DNA of 32,000 nt from Planctomycetota bacterium (GTDB lineage Bacteria > Planctomycetota > Brocadiia > Brocadiales > Brocadiaceae): NCBI GenBank assembly GCA_016188675.1, contig JACPHJ010000152.1, positions 39,372 through 71,371 of the forward strand. The letters run 5' to 3'. Below, piece after piece: positions 10,629 to 19,133 of the stretch. The notes beneath the pieces are model-generated. The model made no database searches. It was given only the letters and a program-made list of their open reading frames with translations, and had not been told where the DNA came from. Made by a program: the position numbers and the translations under genes. Positions within the stretch are counted from its first letter, which is position 1; each line of letters starts with the position of its first letter.

Positions 10629-11197
10629 TACACGGTAATCCTTTCCCGCCATATCATATATCACCCGTTTTTTATACATTCCTTTCCATCACACAATGTG
10701 TCATGTCACACTTTTGCGCTGACACATATATGTGTCGTTGTTACATGTTTTTCATTTCTCTTGTGTAGTTCATTTCTCTTTCTCATAGCCAACATTGTCT
10801 TTCATATATCATTTATCGCTTCGGCTCATTCAAAGCATCAAGTACCAACGCTCAATTGTTAATATTTTAAACAAAAAAAGATCAATATCGATAGTCTTCA
10901 CTGTATTATTCATGCTGCTTATGCGTTATTAAGTTCACAATGGTTATTAATAATAAACAAATTATTTGCAGTATCATGGCATATATTTTGATAACTGTAC
11001 TGTAAGGATGTTTATTGTAATAGAACCATTGCTTGTCCAAATTAAATTGTAAAAGGAAGGAATGTATGAGTTTTATCTTACTGTTCAGCGCTTTGATTTC
11101 TTTGTTTTTAATAGTGGTGTTATAAATAAAAAAAAGAAATATTCCTGGTTGTTCTCGATAGTTATTGAAACTTAATGAGATTTGGAGGACTATTGAA

Positions 11198-12355
11198 TTG
11201 GAAATATCAAAAGTTGTATATAAATTAATGGAAGACGAAATGATGAGATTATTATTATCTGACGTTACAGATCTCACATACATTTATGATACGAATGGAA
11301 ATATTTTGTTTGTAAATAAGATATTTGAAAAATTTACCGTGCAAAGGCCTGAGGAATTTTACGGGAAACCGTTTATATCTCTTTTCAACGAAGAAGATCA
11401 AAAGAAAGTAACGGATGCTTATGCAAAGACATTGAACGGAGAGAGTACTCAATATGAACTTTGTTTTAAAAATACTGGAGTGTTATGTGAATACAAAAAT
11501 TTTCCGTTGAGAAATGAGAAGGGACAGATAATTGGAATTACTGGTATAGCTCGGGACATTACTGCCCGCAAACAATCTGAAGAAGGGTTGCGGGTACTTA
11601 ACAAATCTCTAGAAAAACGTGTGGTTGAACATACGGCTAAGTTAGTGGAGGTGAACGAAGAACTAATGGAAGAAATTAACAATCGCATGCGACAGGAAGA
11701 GGAGTTTAAACAAAGTATTAAGAAGTTGCAAAAATCATTGAGTGGAATCGTTCAAACTTTAGCATTGTCTATTGAGTCAAAAGACTCTTACGCGATAGGG
11801 CACCAGAAACGGGTAGCCAGGCTTGCTCGCTGTATAGCCGAGGAGATGGGTCTATCAAAGGATAGGATCGAAGGCGTCAGTATAGCTGCTATTCTTCACG
11901 ACATTGGCAATATTTCTGTGCCCACTGAGCTTCTAAATAAATCAGAGCGGCTTTCTGAGGATGAAGTTAATATAATCAAGACTCATCCACGTGTTGGTTA
12001 TGATATATTAAACGAAATGGAATTCCCGCATCCTGTTGCTCAAATCGTACTTCAACATCATGAAAGGGTCGATGGGTCTGGGTATCCTTTGGGCTTATCA
12101 GGAAAGGATATTCTCCTGGAAGCAAAAATTCTGGGCGTGGCCGACGTTATTGACGCGATGTTGTCTCCTCATCCATATAGGCCCGCACTTGGTTTGGATA
12201 AGGCATTAGATGAAGTTTCACGAAACAGAGGCATCCTTTATGATTTTAATGTAGTGTATGCCTGCCTGGTTGTTTTTAATGAAAAAGGATTTAAATATAA
12301 TGATTGGTCACGTACTAATTTAAGAATATTCGAGGACGTTCTACTGAGTGTTTAA
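11198..12355 (+). CDS. PAS domain plus HD-GYP domain protein, probable c-di-GMP phosphodiesterase
   Basis: PAS/PAC (YIYDTNGNILFVN...GIARDITARK), coiled coil, then GHQKRVARLARCIAEEMG, ILHDIGNISVPTELLNK, HPRVGYDIL, HHERVDGSGYPLGLSG. TTG at 11198 is preceded by GGAGG; the ORF-track start is an upstream TTG at 11165. Confidence 0.9.
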   Translation: MEISKVVYKLMEDEMMRLLLSDVTDLTYIYDTNGNILFVNKIFEKFTVQRPEEFYGKPFISLFNEEDQKKVTDAYAKTLNGESTQYELCFKNTGVLCEYKNFPLRNEKGQIIGITGIARDITARKQSEEGLRVLNKSLEKRVVEHTAKLVEVNEELMEEINNRMRQEEEFKQSIKKLQKSLSGIVQTLALSIESKDSYAIGHQKRVARLARCIAEEMGLSKDRIEGVSIAAILHDIGNISVPTELLNKSERLSEDEVNIIKTHPRVGYDILNEMEFPHPVAQIVLQHHERVDGSGYPLGLSGKDILLEAKILGVADVIDAMLSPHPYRPALGLDKALDEVSRNRGILYDFNVVYACLVVFNEKGFKYNDWSRTNLRIFEDVLLSV

Positions 12356-12363
12356 ATTAACTG

Positions 12364-12687
12364 ATGAATTGTAAAATGTCGGTAATAATTGTCGGGGGTG
12401 ATCATCTTGGGTGTATTCCAAAGGAACTTGACAGAATTGGTATCTCGAAAATTCAGCACTTAACCGGCAGGAGCGGACAAAAGATTCGCGGAAGAATGCC
12501 TGATAAGGCGGATTTTATTATTCTCCTTTACGATTTTGTAAATCATAATCTGGCGTACAAAATAAAAAAATTTGCAAGTAACAGAGGAATACCCATAATC
12601 TATGCAAAGAGGTCCTGGCCTTCTATATATCTTGGTATACAGGAACATCATCAGCAATTTAAAAAAGCAGGGTTAAATTTTTTATAA
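12364..12687 (+). CDS. DUF2325-like small protein
   Basis: MSVIIVGGDHLGCIPKELDRIGISKIQHLTGRSGQ...PDKADFIILLYDFVNHNLAYKIKKFASNRGIPIIYAKRS follows the DUF2325 pattern. Start may be 12364 or the internal ATG at 12376. Confidence 0.7.
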   Translation: MNCKMSVIIVGGDHLGCIPKELDRIGISKIQHLTGRSGQKIRGRMPDKADFIILLYDFVNHNLAYKIKKFASNRGIPIIYAKRSWPSIYLGIQEHHQQFKKAGLNFL

Positions 12688-12703
12688 TTGAGAAAGGCAG
12701 ATT

Positions 12704-12952
12704 ATGATCGGAAACACATTCCTGGCATGTCCAAACTGCGGTGAAATTAAAAAATTCAGAATATTTACGAGTAACTTCCAAATTGTTGAACAATCTCCTG
12801 AAGTGGGGATCCGCACATATGAAAGCGGGATCCTGCCTAGTTTACGGGAAAACGATAACTACATCGAGTGCCAGTCATGTTTTAAAAAATCAGAGTATGA
12901 TGTTGCAGCAGATACCGGTAAAAAATTCATTCAGGATAACAAAAAATTATAA
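12704..12952 (+). CDS. Small hypothetical protein with zinc-ribbon-like cysteine pairs
   Basis: 82 aa; CPNCG ... CQSCF spaced as in a two-knuckle zinc ribbon; follows the DUF2325 gene closely on the same strand. Confidence 0.6.
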   Translation: MIGNTFLACPNCGEIKKFRIFTSNFQIVEQSPEVGIRTYESGILPSLRENDNYIECQSCFKKSEYDVAADTGKKFIQDNKKL

Positions 12953-12976
12953 AAGATGAGATTGCAACTCTGAGCT

Positions 12977-13009
12977 GGGTGTTTCATCTCTTCCGGAGGT
13001 GGGACACCC
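12977..13009. repeat. Strong intergenic hairpin (about 14-bp stem, 5-nt loop)
   Basis: GGGTGTTTCATCTC-TTCCG-GAGGTGGGACACCC pairs along its whole length with G-U wobbles on the + strand; no poly-T tract follows. Confidence 0.75.
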
Positions 13010-13285
13010 TCCTCCCCCATATAATAGAAATGCCTTTGTAACCTCGAAAATCTCCAATTACTTATCCTTCCTCTGTGCAATTTAACTTTTGCGGTAGTCT
13101 TGTTGTTATATATAGTGTCTGAATAAAAACTCATATTTTGCCAGTTTAAATCGTTTATTCGCCTTATGCTATTGTAAATTGTCATTGACATTATTTTTGC
13201 AAATTTGTAGAATGCCAACTATCGTTGTGACAGATACTTGCATTATAAGTATTTAATATGGTCATGAAAGCGAAACAAAATAGTT

Positions 13286-13672
13286 ATGTACGTTGGAATC
13301 GATATTATAGAAATAAAACGTATTGAGAGATTGTTTTCTGTCAATGAGGGTTTCCTGCGAAAAATTTACACTGAAAAAGAGGTTGCTTACTGTAACCCCA
13401 AAAAGAACAAATACCAGCATTTTGCAGCTCGTTTCGCCACAAAAGAGGCCATGTTCAAGGCATTAGGGACTGGTTGGGTTGGGAAAATGAAATGGACGGA
13501 TATCGAACTGTTAAACGACGAAATGGGCAGGCCATATGTTAACCTTTATGGAAGTGTGAAAGAATTGGCAGACAAGAAACAGATTGACGATATCGCCGTA
13601 TCATTATCACACTGTCAGGATTACGCAATTGCACAGGTACTATTGGTACCAAAAAAAGAGGAACGTTCATGA
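13286..13672 (+). CDS. acpS: Holo-[acyl-carrier-protein] synthase (4'-phosphopantetheinyl transferase)
   Basis: MYVGIDIIEIKRIERLF...FLRKIYTEKEVAYC...FAARFATKEAMFKALGTG...WTDIELLNDEMGRPYVNLYG...IAVSLSHCQDYAIAQVLL: all AcpS motifs. Confidence 0.94.
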   Translation: MYVGIDIIEIKRIERLFSVNEGFLRKIYTEKEVAYCNPKKNKYQHFAARFATKEAMFKALGTGWVGKMKWTDIELLNDEMGRPYVNLYGSVKELADKKQIDDIAVSLSHCQDYAIAQVLLVPKKEERS

Positions 13673-15147
13673 AAAAGCTTGTACTAATTAATCCGCATCC
13701 GATTGGAAATGTTGGTGAAGAAAATGTCTCTGTATTAAATCAAATGCCCGTGAATCTTGGGTATTTAAAGGTATTAACACCAAAGAATTGGCATGTTGAT
13801 ATCATAGACGAAACACAGGAACTTGCGATTGACGATACCGGAAATATTACTTTTGGTGAAGCTGACCTGGTTGGCATTACATCGGTAAGTTATCAGGCAC
13901 ATCGTGCATATCAAATAGCTACTGTCTGCAAAAAACGGGGTATACCCGTGATTATGGGCGGCATTCATGCCACCAGTTATCCGGAAGAGGCGGCAAACTA
14001 TGTGGATTGCGTTGTGACTAGAGAAGCCGTGACTACATGGGAAAAAATTATTAGCGATTTTGAAAAGGGATGTCTCCAAAAAAGATACGAAGGTGTTCTG
14101 ACACCCATGGAGTTGTATCAGGGACTGAGGCCTGATAGAAAATATTTAAAGGATAAATACAAATACCGCTACTCGGGTATCATAACAACTGCGGGTTGTC
14201 CTTTCAGTTGCGAGTTCTGCTCCGTGCCTCAGTTCCAGGGCAGGAAATATCGTGAAAGACCCGTTGAAGACGTCCTCGATGAATTCGAATCCATTAAAGG
14301 TCAATATCGCGGTTTAATATTAACGGACGAAAACTTTTATGGGCACAGCAAAAAGTCCAATGAACGTGTTCTTGAACTTTTCAAGGGAATGGTGGAGAGA
14401 GGCATTTATCAGAATTGGTTCGGGTTTACCTCACTCAACATTTACAAAGACGATGAAACCCTTGAATACATGAAAAAGAGCGGGTGCGTCGGGGTATTGA
14501 TTGGAATAGAATCCATCAATGAAGAAGCCCTGAAAACGATGAATAAGAATGTAAACCTGCGCATCTCGATTGAGAATTATTTCGAAGCCATTGCCAATAT
14601 CCGTAAACACGGTCTTGCAGTCTGGGGGACAATGGTATTTGGTAACGATGCCGATACGCCTGAAACCTTTAAACAGGTTGCTGATTTTGTTATGGATTCC
14701 CATGTTGATATCATGACCTGCGGTATTTTGTGTCCATTCATCAATACACCGCTGTATCACAGATTGAAAGGCGATGGCAGGCTGTTCAGGACAAACTTCC
14801 CCGAGGATTGGAAGTATTACACGTCTCATCACCTTACCTATATTCTCAAAAATATGTCTCTCCAGGAACTTATTGACGGCTTCCAATACTTGTATGACAA
14901 GATTTACGCCACAGAAGTATTGCGTCAAAGGTTCCAGAACGCAAAAGAGGTACTCAAAGATAACATGAATGCCGCCATGTTTGCATTCAGGGTAAATCTC
15001 GACTGGCAGAGTGTCTATCAACACCTGATACAAAATTTAAAAGAATTGCAAACATCGGGGTTTTACGAAGAGACATTGAAAAGCTATAATCTTGCGGGAA
15101 AACAGGGTAGAAAGCCGGAATTGACTGCCGTTGAGGCTCAGTCATAA
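13669..15147 (+). CDS. B12-binding-domain radical SAM protein with DUF4070-like C-terminus
   Basis: N-terminal Rossmann-like region (ADLVGITSVSYQAHRAYQIATVCKKRGIPVIMGGIHATSYPEEA), radical SAM motif CPFSCEFC (CxxxCxxC), GVLIGIESINEEALKTMNKN; C-terminal HLTYILKNMSLQELIDGFQYLYDKIY. Overlaps acpS stop by 4 nt (ATGA). Confidence 0.92.
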   Translation: MKKLVLINPHPIGNVGEENVSVLNQMPVNLGYLKVLTPKNWHVDIIDETQELAIDDTGNITFGEADLVGITSVSYQAHRAYQIATVCKKRGIPVIMGGIHATSYPEEAANYVDCVVTREAVTTWEKIISDFEKGCLQKRYEGVLTPMELYQGLRPDRKYLKDKYKYRYSGIITTAGCPFSCEFCSVPQFQGRKYRERPVEDVLDEFESIKGQYRGLILTDENFYGHSKKSNERVLELFKGMVERGIYQNWFGFTSLNIYKDDETLEYMKKSGCVGVLIGIESINEEALKTMNKNVNLRISIENYFEAIANIRKHGLAVWGTMVFGNDADTPETFKQVADFVMDSHVDIMTCGILCPFINTPLYHRLKGDGRLFRTNFPEDWKYYTSHHLTYILKNMSLQELIDGFQYLYDKIYATEVLRQRFQNAKEVLKDNMNAAMFAFRVNLDWQSVYQHLIQNLKELQTSGFYEETLKSYNLAGKQGRKPELTAVEAQS

Positions 15148-15234
15148 GATACCGCAATTTGAGATTTATGATTTGGAATCATAAGTTCTCTGTGGTTTAT
15201 TCGATTTCAGCAGTTGAATTTTATTGGTTATTAT

Positions 15235-15273
15235 AGGTCAACTTATTCGCATTGAAAGGTGAATAGTTGACCT
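15235..15273. promoter_or_regulatory. Inverted repeat/hairpin between radical SAM gene and first ketosynthase gene
   Basis: AGGTCAACTTATTC (15235-15248) pairs with GAATAGTTGACCT (15261-15273) with one bulged base, followed by CTATTATTTTA. Could be operator, attenuator or terminator. Confidence 0.55.
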
Positions 15274-15300
15274 CTATTATTTTACAGAATAAAAATAGAT

Positions 15301-16512
15301 ATGCCAAAGGTCGTAATTACAGGATTGGGATTAGTCACGCCCGTTGGAACAGGGATCAAAAAAAGCTGGGAATCGTTCATCCTGGGCAGAAACGGAGCGA
15401 ATGAGATGAAGTCATTCGATACATCCAAATACAAGGTGCACCGTTCCTGTGAGGTAAAAGATTTTCACTTAGACGTTGAGCTTGAAAACCAGATAAAGGA
15501 AAATACCATCCACAAATATGTCTACTACGCAGCCAGAGAGGCGTTACAGGAAAGCGGTTTATTGGATGATAAAAATTTCAACAGAGAACGGTTTGGTATT
15601 GCCATTGGTACATTAGCAGCCGAATTAACGCCTTTTGAGAGACTTCTCAGGTTAGACACTTCAAAAAAAGACAACGGTTTCGACAAGATTGTTGCAGCAG
15701 TTTATCCCCCCAATTCTATAACAAATATCCTGTCTGAAAATTTTGATTTCGAAGGCCCAACCATGATTTCATTGAATGCCTGCTCATCCGGCAATCATGC
15801 AATTGCCTGGGCCTGCGACCTTCTTTTAGAAAACAAGGTTGATGTGGTAATGGTCGGAGGGGGCGACATGATTCCTCAAACGGAATTCACCCATTTCCAT
15901 AACCTCAAGGCATTAGCGCCCGAACGCTGTCAGCCATTCGATAAAAACCGTCAGGGTCTCATGATTGGAGAAGGGGCTGGGATACTTATTATGGAACGCT
16001 ACGAATTTGCTAAAAAACGAGGCGCAGCGATTATCGCTGAAATGGCTGGTTACGGGCTGAGCTGTGATGGATTTCACATGACGGCGCCACATCCAGAAGG
16101 CGACGGCGCTGTAAAATGCATGAGCGATGCGCTAAAAATGGCAAATCTTTCTCAGGCAGACATCGGTTACATTAATGCACACGGCACTGGGACACCCCAT
16201 AACGACAAAACAGAAACAATTGCCATAAAACGTGTATTCACGGAATACGCCCATAAAATTCCCTGCAGTTCCACGAAATCTATGATTGGTCACCTTATGG
16301 GCGCGGCCAGTGCTGTAGAATCGGTCATTTGTTGTCTGGTACTACGGCATGGAATCGTACCGCCAACGATTAATTACGAAACGCCTGATCCGGAGTGTGA
16401 CCTCGATTATATACCCAATACGGCACGCGAATTAAATGTAAAGCATGTCTTGAATAATTCATTTGCCTTCGGCGGAAATAACGCCACGACAATTTTTAGT
16501 AAGATGGGTTAA
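15301..16512 (+). CDS. Beta-ketoacyl-ACP synthase II-like (FabF family), catalytically complete
   Basis: MPKVVITGLGLVTPVG; nucleophile Cys in LNACSSGNHAIAWA; His in NAHGTGTPHNDKTE; Lys/His in TKSMIGHLMGAASAVE; gating loop NNSFAFGGNNATTIF. Confidence 0.95.
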   Translation: MPKVVITGLGLVTPVGTGIKKSWESFILGRNGANEMKSFDTSKYKVHRSCEVKDFHLDVELENQIKENTIHKYVYYAAREALQESGLLDDKNFNRERFGIAIGTLAAELTPFERLLRLDTSKKDNGFDKIVAAVYPPNSITNILSENFDFEGPTMISLNACSSGNHAIAWACDLLLENKVDVVMVGGGDMIPQTEFTHFHNLKALAPERCQPFDKNRQGLMIGEGAGILIMERYEFAKKRGAAIIAEMAGYGLSCDGFHMTAPHPEGDGAVKCMSDALKMANLSQADIGYINAHGTGTPHNDKTETIAIKRVFTEYAHKIPCSSTKSMIGHLMGAASAVESVICCLVLRHGIVPPTINYETPDPECDLDYIPNTARELNVKHVLNNSFAFGGNNATTIFSKMG

Positions 16513-16566
16513 GCAAAGCGAATCATCATTTAAGTCTATCCGTGTTGATCCGTAGTAAAAAACATT

Positions 16567-17802
16567 ATGAAAAAAAGAGTCGTTATTACAGGCTTAGGTG
16601 TTGTATCTCCTCTAGGATGTGGCAAAGAAGCCTTCTGGAATAACCTTATAGAGGGAAAGTCAGGTATTGCACCAATGACCTCTCTTGACCTCTCTCCCTA
16701 TAAATGCAAGCTCGGAGGCGAGGTTAGAGACCTGCATCCTGAGATACACCTGGGAAGCAAGGGACTAAAATACTTAAACAAAGGCACACGTTTTTTAGGC
16801 TCTGCCTCTAAGATGGCCATTGACGATGCAAAGATACCGCAGGACGGTTCCTTATCGAATCGTATGGGTATTGTCATAGGCTCATCTCTCGGAAATTTTT
16901 CTGAAACGACAGATTACTTCTACGAAATAATCCGTAATAATCCATCCGAGTTGTCACCCATGCTCAGTTATGACGTTGCTTTAAATTCTTCCATTAACTA
17001 TGTCTCGGTCATCTTTAAAATAAAGGGACTCGCGCGCACCATTTCTGCGGGTTTTACGTCTAGTACAGACGCAATAGGTGATGCCTATAAAATGATTCAG
17101 AGAGATATGGCAAAGGTAATTGTGGCTGGCGGTGTCGAGCAGATTTCCATTGATTTATATCTCATATTCTATTTACGGGGCTTGCTGTCCGGCCTTGATA
17201 GTACAAAAGAGGCAAGCACACCATTTGATAAGGACAGAAATGGCTTTGTCATGGCTGAAGGCAGTTACGTAGTTATTCTCGAAGAGCTCCAGCATGCCAT
17301 TGACCGGGGAGCGCATATCTATGCAGAGATAAAGGGATTTGGAAATACCTTTGTAGGAGGCAAAAACCATCCGGCAGATGAAAGAATTCGTCGGGCCGAA
17401 AAGGCTATGCACGGCGCTTTAGAAGACGCGGAAGTTAAAAAAGAAGACGTTGATTTCATCAGTGCAAATGCGAACGGATGCAAGATACAGGATGCAGTCG
17501 AGGCAAAGGCAATCCAATCATTATTCGGCGCAGGCAGCAATCGTATTCCAGTATCTGCAATAAAATCAAACATCGGCGAATCGTACGGGTCCGCAGGCGC
17601 AGCACAACTCATTTCATCGCTCATGTCAATAAACACAGGTCAAATACCGCACATCATCAATCACAACAACAAAGATCCAGAAATCAGTCTGAATCTTATC
17701 ATAGAAAAACCCCTCAAAAAAGAAATCCAAAACGCAATAATAAATAACATGGATTATGATGGAAATAATTCATGTCTGGTAATAAGCAAGTGTAGCAAAT
17801 AA
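16567..17802 (+). CDS. Catalytically degenerate ketosynthase homologue (KS-beta/chain-length-factor-like)
   Basis: KS fold motifs retained (MKKRVVITGLGVVSPLG, PFDKDRNGFVMAEGS). The Cys position is Phe (SAGFTSSTDAIG), first His is Asn (SANANGCKIQDAVE), second His is Glu (KSNIGESYGSAGAAQ), and the FGFGG loop is replaced (NNMDYDGNNSCLVIS). Confidence 0.92.
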   Translation: MKKRVVITGLGVVSPLGCGKEAFWNNLIEGKSGIAPMTSLDLSPYKCKLGGEVRDLHPEIHLGSKGLKYLNKGTRFLGSASKMAIDDAKIPQDGSLSNRMGIVIGSSLGNFSETTDYFYEIIRNNPSELSPMLSYDVALNSSINYVSVIFKIKGLARTISAGFTSSTDAIGDAYKMIQRDMAKVIVAGGVEQISIDLYLIFYLRGLLSGLDSTKEASTPFDKDRNGFVMAEGSYVVILEELQHAIDRGAHIYAEIKGFGNTFVGGKNHPADERIRRAEKAMHGALEDAEVKKEDVDFISANANGCKIQDAVEAKAIQSLFGAGSNRIPVSAIKSNIGESYGSAGAAQLISSLMSINTGQIPHIINHNNKDPEISLNLIIEKPLKKEIQNAIINNMDYDGNNSCLVISKCSK

Positions 17803-17872
17803 ATAATGTAATGCTTATTGATTGTGTTGTTTTATTATATTAACCGTCTTAAATAAGTTGACATTGAATGCT

Positions 17873-17936
17873 TGTCATTCCGAGCGGAGCGAGGAATCTT
17901 AAGATTTCTCAGTCGCTCTGCTCCTTCGAAATGACA
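17873..17936. repeat. Imperfect inverted-repeat element (small MITE-like dispersed repeat)
   Basis: TGTCATTCCGAGCGGAGCGAGGAATCTT...GTCGCTCTGCTCCTTCGAAATGACA: termini TGTCATTyCGA / TCGAAATGACA are inverted copies with partly complementary interior. Confidence 0.7.
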
Positions 17937-18206
17937 ACTTTCTTTTGTCGTTCGTTATAGATAAGATGAAATAGATAAAGGATTCGATGCCAGTGTAACT
18001 ACGACAGAAAATGCAAAATAACAAAATCAAACAATTATCATGATCCGTATAATATTCAAATTTTATCGTTACATAGAAATTATCAAATGCTTTTCAACAC
18101 GATTCTGATAGTTCCACATGAAATTGAAATATCATAAATAAGTCATTGGTAATTCATAGAATAAAGATAAATGTTATACGGACAAAAAATTTCAAAACCA
18201 TAAAAA

Positions 18207-18971
18207 ATGTTTGACACTCACTCAGTACACAAGAAGCCAGCAAATTCACGTCAAAAAATGTGGCGTTATATGACATACGAAAAACTCATGCAGACAATTG
18301 AAGAGGAGGTGATGTACTTTTCAAATATCACCCAAATGGGAGATAATTGGGAAGGGCTGCTGACGAAAAAGACGAGAGAAATGTTTTGGAGGTCTGAGCT
18401 TGCGAAATACAATGGAAATATGGAAGCAGCAGAAGGTTCAGTCAGACGGTACGAAGAATTTAGGAAGGATTTTTACATAAACTGTTGGCACATGAATGAT
18501 CATGAGTCTTACCTGATGTGGAAGGTTTACGCGAACAAAGGTTGTGCCATTCAAACTAACTATGAACGGCTCTCGGCTTCTTTCGAGGCTACGCCAGCTA
18601 AAATTGAAGGTTGTGTTGTCGAATATATCGATTATGAAAGAGACTATTTCAGTATAGGAAACACGTATACTCAAGTTGGTTACAAGGACATTCCGTACCG
18701 AGATGAGCGTGAGTACAGACTTCTATTTTGGAAGTCCGGTCTAGAAAACCAAAAGCTCAATGCAGGAGACAAAGGCATAAAAATACAAGTAGACCTAAGA
18801 ATGCTTATTGATAATATTTACCTCAACCCCAATCATCTACCCGATTACAGTGAATTGGAGAGTTTGATAAAGAAAAAGAGGTTAGACTGTGATATCAAAA
18901 ACACGAAAATCATGGAAAATAATGTACGCCCGTCCAAAGTGGTAAATTATCACATCTTAAAAGTTAAATAA
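18207..18971 (+). CDS. DUF2971-like protein
   Basis: MWRYMTYEKLMQTIEEEVMYFSNITQMGDNWEGLL ... INCWHMNDHESYLMWKVYANKGCAIQTNYERL ... FRDEREYRLLFW-type features resemble DUF2971 family; start could be internal ATG near 18261. Confidence 0.6.
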   Translation: MFDTHSVHKKPANSRQKMWRYMTYEKLMQTIEEEVMYFSNITQMGDNWEGLLTKKTREMFWRSELAKYNGNMEAAEGSVRRYEEFRKDFYINCWHMNDHESYLMWKVYANKGCAIQTNYERLSASFEATPAKIEGCVVEYIDYERDYFSIGNTYTQVGYKDIPYRDEREYRLLFWKSGLENQKLNAGDKGIKIQVDLRMLIDNIYLNPNHLPDYSELESLIKKKRLDCDIKNTKIMENNVRPSKVVNYHILKVK

Positions 18972-19008
18972 TCGCATAATTCCCGTGATTTAACATTTGA
19001 GATGTGAC

Positions 19009-19043
19009 CCTCCACGCTTCCCTCCACACTTCCTCCACGCTTC
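19009..19043. repeat. Short tandem repeat, three copies of (C)CTCCACRCTTC
   Basis: CCTCCACGCTTC CCTCCACACTTC CTCCACGCTTC, directly adjacent. Confidence 0.8.
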
Positions 19044-19133
19044 TTCAGTGGGTAGCCATTCCGGCGGAAAGAGTAAAAGTACTTTCATACAGGGTTCGTT
19101 AGTACTTTAATGTACAAGAATTTTCCAATCGAC

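Noticed and set aside
10705-10718. Possible sigma-54 promoter TGTCAC-ACTT-TTGC
   Set aside because: Spacing is one base short of the -24/-12 consensus (TGGCAC-N5-TTGC), and the GG doublet is TGTC rather than TGGC.
10906-11283. 125-aa reverse-strand ORF in the gap before the HD-GYP gene
   Set aside because: Low-complexity AT-rich translation, no family signature, overlaps the start of the HD-GYP gene.
12931-13218. 95-aa reverse-strand ORF upstream of acpS
   Set aside because: No coding signature; overlaps the strong hairpin and the end of the zinc-ribbon gene.
14431-15033. 200-aa reverse-strand ORF
   Set aside because: Entirely antisense to the well-supported radical SAM gene with no recognisable motifs; typical mirror ORF.
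19009-19043. CRISPR-like short repeats
   Set aside because: Three directly adjacent 11-12 bp units with no spacers and no cas genes; simple tandem repeat only.
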